NCBI RefSeq assembly: GCF_964204865.1
Contig: NC_135250.1
Location: forward strand, 19,220,001 to 19,284,000
DNA: 64,000 nt
Origin: Styela clava
Lineage: Eukaryota
Reading direction: 5' to 3'
The notes under the pieces: generated by a model
The model's database searches: none
What the model was told of the DNA's origin: nothing
The model's input: only the letters and a program-made list of their open reading frames with translations
Part shown: in pieces, positions 25,506-36,823 of the stretch
How positions within the stretch are numbered: position 1 is the first letter of the stretch
Layout: each line of letters begins with the position of its first letter
Position numbers and translations under genes: made by a program

Positions 25506-28500
25506 ATGAACCAAAGTGAGGGATGTTCTTCGGAGTTCAAAAACAGATTAGAATATTTGGAATTCTCGCCATGTAAAGGTATGCTACGTACTACTACGAT
25601 TCGTGTGTCTTACCATTAATACGCATTTCCAACAAATACTTACCTCAAAAGCGCTGCCATGCACTAATTTACCGTAGCCAATAACGTTTAATTGCAGGTA
25701 TATTGTCGCACTTGCATAACGACCCATTTTAATTTATTACACTGTATATTGGATGACTCAGAATTGTAGTCTACGGCTCTACGCCATCCCCGAATACTTT
25801 CCAGATCATTGAATAGATAAGAGATCCAACCCTGCGCCTGAAATAAATTATATCAAATATACCTCGAAGCCTACGAGGTTGACTACGCAGAGAATATCTG
25901 ACTTCGTAAACTGTTTGGATGGCACTATTGCAATATACTCTTCATAACGTGTTTGGATAGGATCTAGTCATAAAACAAGGCACCTTTTACCGGTCATTTA
26001 TCTTAGACTATCACGAAGTGCATATTCTGATTCATTCATGCTAGATTTTTGTTTTCGTATCACAAGCTGAGATGCGTATATGCAGCAGAGCTACTGTGAT
26101 AATTGTGGTTTATTTTCGGGTTGACTGCACTTTCTAAAGAGGCACAACTGTTTCAAACCTTTTAGCAATATGTAATTGTATTCTTGGTACAAGATTAATA
26201 CACAGGTGAAGATGCTTGTAGCTTCTTTTTAACGAGTTCACTTGATGCCAAAACAATTTTAATGTTTTTCGCTGTGATCTTGTAGGATATATTTTGTTAA
26301 AAATACTAATATTCCCTTCAATCTCGTCAAGTTTTTCATACATATATATATCATTTTTTTTTATTATCATCTCACAGACAAGGACGTTTCTTCACTTGTA
26401 CCTGGAATCAACAAATGGAGTACTGAAGATCACAGTAATGACATTCACAGCGAATTCCGACCAAGACTGCATTCGTCACCTTACGTTGACGAGAATTTTG
26501 TTGGTCGTCTACGTACGATAAACAAAGAGAAGCAACGTTTTCAACCTGTGCCCTTTTTATCCATCGACGACGAAAGTTCTCACATCCTAACAACACCGCA
26601 CCTGTCACATTATACATCAAAAGAACATGCAGAGCAGTTTACGGATTCCGGGGTTGATTCTGTCGTCGGTTTACAACAAACGCGCTTCTATGACAATCTA
26701 TCGTCCCGTGGCTACCCAGCAGACTCTGGCGTTGTGTCGTCTGTGGGACTTGGTTCCTTAGGCAGTTTATATCATAGTAATGATACTGGCGAATTCGAGG
26801 CTATCGAAAAGCGCGCGGAAGAAGAAAAATATGCTTTCGACCCGCTCGCGCCACCTTTCAAGCCGAGGAGTACCGTAACAACAACGCATGACCTACAATT
26901 TGATAAAAGCAATGTCATGGCAATAGACGTAGCAAATTACGTGTCGTCCAAGTACAACAAAAAGCCTGTTTTGGAAGAAGCCCGCTTACCATTTTCCGAT
27001 ATTACAAATCATATATCGGATTTACCCGAATTGAAAATGACAAGTAGAATTCCAAAAGCAGGATTATCCCATGAGCCGAATTCGAACACGTTAATTCCTC
27101 CTTCCTCAAACTGTTATTGGTCAACAACAAACGAAACAACATCTAAAATTGTTCTCTCGACTTCAGTCAGCACAAATGTTGCTGCGTCTTCGCGAGAGAA
27201 AATGCCTGTTTTGAGCGACATAGTAACTTCTGACAGCGTACTACGGCAACCTGCAATTGCGAAATTGGAAGAACCCAATCCAATCACGAATGGAATAAAG
27301 AATTCACCACTTGCGAAGACCTGGATATCACCACGTTTTGGAGACGCTACGAATTCGAAAGTTATGACTGCTAAATCAATTTCTCCTACACCCTCTTTTC
27401 AAAATAGAAAGGAAAACATACAAACAGAAAATATGTCAACAATATCTAACCCATTCGATCTTGGACTTGGTCTCGCCACAGGAAGCAACATCTCTGTTTG
27501 GAAGGATTATGACCTTTTAAATCCGCATGAAAATCCAAAGACTTCGGCGTCACATAATGATGATGGGAATTTGGACTCCAAGTGGAGGGTGAATCAGAAT
27601 CTTTTTCGCATGAACTCTCTCTCTAGTCAAAGATACACGGGTGAGTTTGTTGTAATGTGTACTATATATGCCACAGCATACTAGTCACAATTTTTTTTAA
27701 AATAACTTTGATGTGGAGACAAACAATTCATAGTTTATGTTATGATCAAACTAATTCACCATTTGTTTTAGATCTGCAAAATCCACAGAAGAAAGTAACA
27801 TTTGCTGATATTGTACAAGCCGGAATCAGGGCGATAAACAGACAAAAGTAAAGATTGTATTTATTAATCTAGTTAACAAATAGTTAGTTATAAATTCATG
27901 TAAAAAGAGCATGAAACAGCCAAACGCTGGAACAATAACTGCAATGAAAAAAGCAAAAATTAGATTTCAAATAATAAAACTTTCGTCAAGTTCTTTGTAG
28001 AACGAAATGTAGTTTTTCAGTTGTTGTGTAAGCAGCCAAATATAATGAACTCGTAACATTGCATACTTGCATAAATGTGCTTTTCCGTTGGAAATTTTTA
28101 TTTTTACAGAGCCGAAAATCCGGATTTTTACGCCCCCACCTATGAACCATCATCATCTTCAGCCATGGAACCGCCCACTATTCTTCATGTGACGACATTC
28201 GATCCAAATCACGAGCGAAATGATATCTTTGTCGATACGGGGAAACTGAAGAATGGTATTTATGACAGATTACTGTGTGTTTAATTTATGCCACTCATAC
28301 CTGTATTCTTATTTTAGATGAGCAAGAAACGCACAAGCCTTCGAAGTATCGCACAGAGCCATGCACAACCTTTCATACGATCGGCGTTTGTCCATATGGT
28401 ACACGTTGCAATTTCTATCACACGGACGCAGAGCGAAACGAACTTCCGACCCTTTCCAGTGCAATGAGGCAAGTTAACTTATATAGCAGGAAAATGAATT

Positions 28501-29318
28501 TGCGACCTTGATCCTTTCCTAATGACCCTTCAATGTAAATTCGGGTTTCAGCTATTTACTTTTTTTAGGTACAAAACAAGACTTTGCAAGACCTGGCAAA
28601 AGGCGGGAGAATGTCCATATGGGAATAAATGCGACTTTGCTCACGGTAAGCTAACGAAGCTTTCAGTGTTTGCCCAATATAAATCAAACGAAATTATATA
28701 AGCCACTATGTTATATTTTCCCGAAATGCAATTTTAAACTTGAAGAAAAAAAACTGTTCTAAATTACTATTATTTCTTATAAACCAGGTACTGACGATTT
28801 GGCTTCCAATTGCCCATACAAACCTCATTATAAAACTAGGATGTGCAAAGTTCTTCAACAAACCGGTAGATGTCCTTATGGAGCACAATGTACTTTTGCT
28901 CACGAACATTCGGAACTCAGAACCGACATATCGATGATATACAAGTACAAAACTGAAATATGCAAATCGTAAGTAAATACTCAAATATATTAACGAAATA
29001 ACCCTAAAAATATACATTTTAGGGAGTACTATAAAATTTTTAATGGATTTGGAAAGGGTAAGAGATGGAACATCGCCCCTTTTCACTGGAAAATAGTTTA
29101 CATACGGGCTAACAGAATAAATCTGGTGTCGTATCAAAAGCGGCATAAATAGACAACGTAAAAATAGAAGTCAATTTTGTCAATACCCATGTTCTAATAT
29201 ACCAACATTTCGTTGCAACAGGTGGTCAAGGGGATTAGAATGTGCGCATGGTACCGACTGCCATTTCGCCCACGGGGAGAAAGAATTGAAGAATGAATCA
29301 GATTTATTTGGTAGATGA
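25506..29318 (+). CDS. TIS11/ZFP36 (tristetraprolin)-family protein with four CCCH fingers, C3H-4/Cth1-like. Exons 25506-25578, 26378-27640, 27772-27847, 28110-28255, 28318-28468, 28569-28645, 28788-28968, 29222-29318
   Basis: Four C-x8-C-x5-C-x3-H fingers with YKTxL-type lead-ins: KYRTEPCTTFHTIGVCPYGTRCNFYH, RYKTRLCKTWQKAGECPYGNKCDFAHG, HYKTRMCKVLQQTGRCPYGAQCTFAH, KYKTEICKSWSRGLECAHGTDCHFAHG. All exon phases are consistent. Confidence 0.9.
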
Positions 29319-30291
29319 ATGTACTATCTTTGGATACTTGTTGAAAATTTGCGTTTTTAAATGAACCAAAATGATGAATTGTAAAAGTGTTGACTGACTC
29401 GTATCATCACAACTTATAACACACAACTATAAAAATAAAAAAAGACTTATGTTATTTATCGTACTACTTTATGAAAAAAAAAAAAATGTACTTATGGTAT
29501 TTATTGATACTGAAGAAGTATTCAAGTTAATATTTAAGATTGAACATATTTTTGATAAATAAAATTAAACAATTTTCTATTGAACTCCCTTCATTGTTAA
29601 CGTAGTTCATCGGCAACTGCTCCTTGGAAATGTAAATTAAATGCGTTTGCTCGTTAGATGCGGTTGATAATATTGGATGTCAATATTGTATTTTTATGAA
29701 CATAGCCGCAGTTATTTTCTCAGAGTGTTTTTCTAAAACTTCAGTTTCCAATAGATTCAAGTATTTTCTCGGGAACTAAATGCACCGTATATTGTTTTCG
29801 TTTTGTGTGTCTTTCCTTATTTTGCTGTAAGATTATTTGAAGTTTATGTGTGTTGTATTACCTTACATTAGAAATTTTGTTCCAAGTTTAGTTTTCGTTT
29901 GTTTATAATTTCTGTGATAACATGTCACTCTTGAAGCGGGCATCACCATAAAAGTCTGATTATTGTTTGTAAATAGAGTAGCATTTAATGAAAAACAAAT
30001 GTTCGCGAACATTGTGTGTGGAGTATTGTTAAAAGTAAATTCTACCAAATTGATAAGTTCCTCGAAGTGCTTTTTTACAACTTTTACTCCACAATTTTTG
30101 TACGATTTTGTATTGTTATGAAAACTATTTGCATATGCACGTTTGAATGTGTGAAGTGTTGTGAAATAAACTTGATTAACTTAAAACATCTTTTCATAGT
30201 CTGCATTGGCGATTCAATGTGGCGTGTTCGTGGTCGTATAAAACGAGGCAGCGCTGGCTGATAGTGATTCTTTTTGTTGCAATAGCTATGC

Positions 30292-30911
30292 CAGGGTGGT
30301 CCGGGGTTGTCGGCTTCGCGGGTCACAAAATTATTTTTGCATTGTTCGCGAGCCACAATAGTGACAAAATAGGTCAACGGTGCAATACAAAACAAACAGT
30401 ATTATTGTGCAAACACATCGAACATTATTTGACATTCATCATGCTAAAAATCACCAAAAAACTCACTAAAACGTGCAAAAGTCTTCCTATATTTACATTT
30501 AGTGTAAGATTTCAAACTCTTCATAACAGAGAAAGTGCTTCCGTGAATGTTAGTGCTTTCGATAACATTCTCAAAGCAAAATTCCCTAACTTTGGAAAAT
30601 GCTCATTTCTCACAAAATTTCGAAATGCCGGTTTAGATTATATTCTCTTGTCCCCGACGCAACTTGCAGACATATCAAGCAAGCATTGTGGTATTTTCCC
30701 TCCCATATCCAGTCATTCCTAGCCAAGTAGATTATTCAACTCTGCTAGTTGCGTCAGCTAGCCATAACACTCGTCAATTCGGTGACATTCGTGATGGAAC
30801 AAGATGTTAAAAGACTTTTCTGGTTATCTTTTTGTGACGAAACAACACCAAATTCGATTTTTGATCACCCTACATCAAATGCGATGTGCGGCCTTGGTTT
30901 GGACCACCCTG
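30292..30911. mobile_element. Non-autonomous hAT element, 620 bp
   Basis: Perfect 11-bp TIR cagggtggtcc/ggaccaccctg. Flanks agctatgc (30284-30291) and agctatac (30912-30919) form an 8-bp TSD with one mismatch. Confidence 0.85.
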
Positions 30912-30930
30912 AGCTATACAGTATATATAC

Positions 30931-33900
30931 CAGTGGCGGCGCGTCAATAGGGCCAACCGGGCCATTGTCCCGATTGTTTTTTCGGTATAATAAAAATATT
31001 CGAAAAATACCTCAATATCGGTTGCACAGACTGTCTACACTAGCCATATTCTCCCGACATGGTTCATTTTTCGCTCGCAAAGCCGACATGGTTCATTTTT
31101 CGCTCGCAAAGCCTTCGCCGAACGTCGACGGGGCGACGCCGATTTCGCCCCGGTTGCTCATTGTATATCGTATTCTCTCTTTTATCTTCCACTCGCCGCG
31201 TTTGTCTCGTTTCTTTTACTAAATCATCGGGGCCGTTGGGGGCTAGCCCCGAAAAATATGACGACACAATGCCGACGTTTCTTACAACAACGTGTTGACA
31301 TATTCACGCATTCCTTCTCGTTCGTTGGTTGCTTGAAGAGTTGATAGTTTCCTCGCTTTCGTTTTTGTCGCTTGTTTCGCTATTTGAATCAGTTAGAGAC
31401 CTTTAGTCCATTTGCTTTCGATTTTCCACATTCCTTTTGAGCTACTCACTTCTTTCCGGCTTCGCATTTCTTAGCCTTAGACCTCATAATGAATTGATGC
31501 ACTATTTCGCACTCCGTTTTCGCAGCTGCCGCTGGAACAAAAATTAGAGGTACAACGTCTTGGGCCTTATCAACCAAAAAATTGTTCACTGGAACAATCC
31601 CATGACGGAGGAAAGCGTCGGCGTACATTCTGCGCAGAAACTTGGTATAAAAAACACGAATGGTTATGTTACAGCGAGGACAAAAATGCATTTTTTTGTT
31701 TTTATTGCCTACTTTTTGCTACCGCCCGTTACTCACGTTGGTGTAAATTTGGTTTTAGAGATCTTAAACATCTTTCCGAGCGTGCCAGGGATCATCAATC
31801 TTCTATGGAGCATCTGAACAATGCAGTAAAATACCGAACATTCGGAAATGTTAATATTGCAGCACAGTTGGATGAAGGACGCGCGGTTTCTATTCGTCGG
31901 CACAACCAAAACGTCGAGAAAAACCGCCATGTTCTCGGTCGATTGATAGATGTTTTGAAGTTCATTGGTTGTCACGAGCTGTCCCTCCGTGGGCACGATG
32001 AACGGGCTGGCTCTTCTAATAGAGGGGTATTTTTGGATATGGTGGAATACACCGCATCCCTAGATACAGTATTGAGAGATCATCTTGATGCCGCAACTGT
32101 TTCGAAAGGGACATCTAAAGATATCCAAAATGATTTGCTCGACTCAATGTATAAAATTTATTTACAAAATTTGGCTCTGGAAATTAAGAATTGCCAGTTC
32201 CTTTCGAGACAACTGACATCACGTGCGTTTCCCAACTGGCTGTGATTTTTTCGGTTTGTGAAAGATGGTAAACCTACCGAGAGATTTCACAGCTTTGTAC
32301 CAATCGTTGATAGCACGGCTTGCGGGATATCGGCTGTACTGAAAGAAGTGTTACAGCCTTACAAAGCGAAGTCAAAATTGATAGCACAAACTTATGACGG
32401 CGCGGCAGTCATGAGTGGGTCGAAACATGGTGTTCAAGTTTATATAAAAGAAGATTTTCCTCATGCGCATTTTTTACATTGTTATGCACACTAATTTAAC
32501 CTCGTTATTAAAAATATGTGTCTTGATACCCCTCTCGTCCGTATATTTTTTGCAAATGTTTCGGGGTTTTCTTCATTTTTTTCCGTTTCGCCGAAGCGCT
32601 CTGACCTCCTTCGCCAGATATGTAGCCGCCGTCTCCCAGCTTGTGCACCAACACGTTGGAACTTCCAATCACGCGTGGTGCAGGGCGTGTCCGAAATTAG
32701 GTCTGAGCTCATTGAGTGTTTCAATGGCATTCAGAGCTCTACGGTTTGGGACGAACGCTCTGTGAGGGAGGCGGCAGGTCTAAAGCGTCTGCTAGAAGAT
32801 GGGGAGTTTTCATTTTTCTCGCTTTTTTCTCCACAATATTCTATCACGTGGATGTATTATACGACGCATTGCAGTCAAGGCTAATGGATGGAGCGTCTGT
32901 GCAGTCGTGTATTTCAGACTTCTGCGATGCTGTATCTCGTATCCGGCAAACAATAAAATACGACGACACATGGAGTGCTTCTTCACGCCGCGGGCAAACA
33001 ACGCAGCGTTTGATTTTGTCTGCAAAGGAATGCTGTGACATTCTTGTGAATCAAATAGGCGATCGTCACTGAACACCCTGCCGCGTTCTCTTTGATGAAC
33101 CGCAAAATTTTTTCAAAATTTGCACGTCAATTTCCCATCCATTTGTTGGCTACTGTCTCCAAATTTTACCCCATGATAAACGTGGGTAAATTGGAAAATG
33201 AATTGCGATGTATATACACCAATCAAACTTTTTTGAACATCACATCAACTTGCGCGCTCTATGGGTTCCTCATAGATAACACTCTAGTAACTACCTTTGC
33301 AGCGTCTGCAAAATTTCTGGACATCTTTTGACGACGCCTATTTCTTCCGCCGACGCAGAGCGAACATTCAGCACGCTGAAGCGTATTAAAACGTATCTCG
33401 GAAACACAATGAAGCAAGATAGATTAAATTCCTTGGCTGTTTTATTCATTCAGAGAGACGTTATTTCTGGGATGCATGACTTTAATCAGCGCGTTATTGA
33501 GCATTTTGCTTCCAAGAAACCGCGGCGTGTTGCATATATGTTCAAGCAGTATAAGTCTAGCAGCATATATATATATGAGTGAGCGACGCATGTCCTTATC
33601 TTTGCATTATCTTTCTTTTCTTCATAGTAACGTTTTAAACCTTATTTTAGGTTTTGTTTGCTTTCCCGAAGTTTCTGTTAATATGTCATTGTATTTATCT
33701 GGGTAAATATTGCCTCTCCTTTTGAAAGAGGTTTCAAAATAAACTATGTCTATATTTATTAATCCCTTGACTTGGACCGGTTTTAAAGACACTTTCTTAT
33801 CGTTAAAAATTGTCGCTTTTGCCGATTGATTGTTACCGATGGAATGGTTTTTATACTCATAAAATGATGGGAGAACTTACAGCGCTCATCCTGTCCCCGT

Positions 33901-33966
33901 AGATGGGGGTGACTTGGTCCCGCAGTAGCTTGCCCCGGTTGTCAAAATGACCACGCACCGCCACTG
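30931..33966 (+). mobile_element. Full-length hAT DNA transposon (ZMYM1-like/Tip100-Blackjack type), 3036 bp
   Basis: TIRs cagtggcggcgcgt and acgcaccgccactg match 13/14. Perfect 8-bp TSD atatatac at 30923-30930 and 33967-33974. Transposase remnants lie inside. Confidence 0.95.
31602..33582 (+). pseudogene. Frameshifted hAT transposase
   Basis: Ordered motifs across shifting frames: TTF-type Zn finger (WYKKHEWLCYSEDKNAFFCFYCLLF), LSLRGHDE..SNRGVF, QTYDGAAVMSG, HCYAH followed by an in-frame TAA, PTRWN, and the hATC dimerisation motif PISSADAERTFSTLKRIKTYLGNTMKQDRLNSLA. Confidence 0.9.
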
Positions 33967-35423
33967 ATATATACTATGGAGTGTTATAAATGTGGAAAAT
34001 AGTTCCTCCGAGATATCCCGATACGCGTAGTATACAAAATATTGCCTCGCAGTAAAAGGCTGCGGTACCCGTCACGAAAATCGAATTAAGGGTTGAAAAA
34101 ACAACCGATAAAAGTCTCGTGCAAAGAAACCGTTGCGCAACATTAATTTTATGAAGCTTAGTCGATGCTCAGACCTGTAGTCCTGTACGCATCGACTATC
34201 TCCAAGCTGAAAATTAGCAATCAAAAGGTCGTTTCCTCATATCTACTGCGATTACGATATCGTTCACAACAATATTTTGTCAATACATTGCCCATTCACG
34301 AAGCTGACTCACAGTTTGGAACACACAACTTGTAGTTATCTCAGCAGGACTACTCAACTATTTTTACCGAAGATCCGCACACAAAACTTTCGGCAAAACA
34401 CAAATATTTCGGCATCCTTAAACGCGCACTTCCTGGGCCCGCTAATGATTATTAGCTAATCAAAAATGTTTATTAGGGTGCTATAGTTATTTTCATATAT
34501 ATTCAAAACAATAAAAGTTTTTATAAAGTGAAACTTTAAAAGTGGGGCTAATGATCCAAAATAAAGAATTAGGTGCGGTCCGAATCAAATACTCGAAAGG
34601 TCCGGATTCGGACCGTGGTCCGCTAGTTGAGTAGCCCTGGACTATCTATCTTGAACAGGCTTACGTCATAATGGTCACACAATGGCAACGCAGTTGGATA
34701 CGCTTCATTTCCTATACTATACATCAAACACCAAGGCGGAAAATATTCTGCTTTTAGCGAAAAGACTATGTGTAACCTTTTAAAATAAGTTTTTTATAAG
34801 ATGCCATCTGCACTGGTATACACTTCCTGAATATTCAAATACAATTCTATTCAAGTTGGGAATTAAAAGAAGTGTGGCGATACATCCTCAAATTAGAGGG
34901 CGGTGTTTGGAATTTTAGGAGGGAAGGGGAAGTTTAAAGGAATCACGGATGCTTTGCAATACATTTTTTTTTTCAATGAATATGCTTGACATGTAACACT
35001 AGCCATGGTTTTTGCCAACATCATACTCCGTGCGGCTTTCACTACAGATTTCTGCTGGTATATTTAGGTAGGCTGCAGTATATATTACTGTATTAGCAAA
35101 TTTTGTGTATTGATATACATCAAAAATAATTTTTTATTTTGTGTCTAAAATGAGATGTAATAAATTAGTCAATATATATATATTCTATATAAACAAACAC
35201 GACATATCGATACGAAAAATAATAAAAAAAAATAAGAAAAAATGTTGTTCGCATGTTAAAAATGAAACTAACTATATCCGATCGCTAGCGGGACTGTTGT
35301 TGAAGTTTTGTTTTGAAATCCACACTTGCGCCGCCGATGAAAATAATTGCAAAAGACAGCCTAACGGCAAGACAAATGATATTGTCTTAGGTATTGATTT
35401 CGCCGCTTATATACTGTTGTTAT

Positions 35424-35746
35424 AGCCGGGGTGGACAAGGTTTTTGGACCGGGGCCGTAAAAAGTTACATTTTGTGAACAATATTTACAGTGTTACAAAT
35501 GCAAAATTGAAAAACAATAAGCCTCGCGCCAAAACTAAATTTAATCGAAATCTCAACAAATTCCTTGAGCTATTTTGAGGCGAAATAAATAGATGTGAAA
35601 AGCGCGCCGCCCAATCGAGCGAGCGAGAAAAAACATGAAGATTTGTTGACGTCCCCTTAACATGAAAGTCTGTGGCTACCTAAAATACAAATCGCACAGG
35701 CGGGCCTGATTGAATGACCTATCGGGACGGATTTGGCCCGAGGGTG
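35424..35746. mobile_element. Degenerate Charlie-like hAT MITE
   Basis: Left end ccggggtggacaaggtttttggacc and right-end subterminal motif gcgggcc...cggatttggcccgaggg. No clear TSD. Confidence 0.45.
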
Positions 35747-35958
35747 TTATAGTTTTGTATTTTTCTAGTTTTTGAAATTAAAACTCAATACTATTCATAA
35801 GTGGAAATTCCCATTGGTGGAAAATTCAGTTACTGGGTTGTTCTCAATTCTGTTGCTAAGGTCTAGACTTGATCTGCCTCTTCACGTTTATTCACCGAAT
35901 TGGATCGCCCAAATCCAATATATATACATGATTTGATATTGATATGTGTATAAATGAA

Positions 35959-36823
35959 TCATGATATTTCGGTCACTGTCCAAGATGAAGCAGAATTAAC
36001 TTGACCTTCCATGGCGACGGCATATCCCTTTTCATCAATGTCTAGCCATAACTTGGGGACAGTGACAGATTGAAGATGTGCTTTTCCTGTCAATGTACTG
36101 TGGATTAGTCTCAAAACGCGATTGTCTTTTTTAAGATTTGGTATGTCTTCAGGCTCACAGCCTTCTCTAGTTACTACAAGACGACCAGCTGTGGATGGTA
36201 CTTCAATATATCCGATTGTATTTGCGCAATGATCTTCAATTCCGAACAAAAATAGATCTTCGGCAAGTTTCCATCCCACAAGTTCGTAGTCTGGGGTATC
36301 ATAAGATACTTTAACTGCGAAACGTGGTCCTAACTTTCGGACAATCCAACTGGTGTCACTAATGGTATGACGTATTAGGGCTCTGAATTTGTGTGTGTAC
36401 ATGACATCAGAATAATCGATTGTAAAATTTTGTCTTTCTCTACGTATTCTACAGAACAAAAACAAATAATGAATATTGATGCAGCTTTTGTAAATGGGTT
36501 TAAAAAATTAGTGGTTGGTACTATTCAGACGTCCAAACTATAAGTAGTATTTTGCAGATGCGATTCATGGCAATTATGGAAAATAACAAATTTTGACAAG
36601 CACGAAGTTTGACATATGTACCGAAAACATGGATTCATAATATCCTTCGTCGACAGAAATGGGGGCTAAGACCCGGTTCTCACTTTCCACTGTGACGGTG
36701 ATGTGTTACTAATTATTTTACTAAGATTATGACATCAATACTGTAATCAATATCTCGCCATGGTTCCAATGAGCAAAACCTAATAAAGCTTGGAACTCAC
36801 TTTCCCGGTTCTTTATTACCCAT
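35959..36823 (-). CDS. Leaderless protein of about 170 aa, predicted beta-trefoil cytokine-like (IL-1/IL-18-like; FGF-like is the alternative). Exons 36823-36801 and 36448-35959, with an alternative in-frame ATG at 36838
   Basis: ATG GGT AAT AAA GAA CCG GGA AA|gtgagt splices in phase to tttgttctgtag|A ATA CGT. The alternating beta-strand pattern and the C-terminal HLQSVTVPKLWLDI resemble the IL-1 signature FESAQFPNWYIST. The family call is by eye only. Confidence 0.7.

Noticed and set aside
28706-29146. 146-aa minus-strand ORF
   Set aside because: Antisense to CCCH exon 7 and its introns, with no domain.
30016-31298. ORFs of 80-167 aa around 30-31 kb
   Set aside because: They run through MITE and hAT termini and show no protein motifs, so they are chance open frames.
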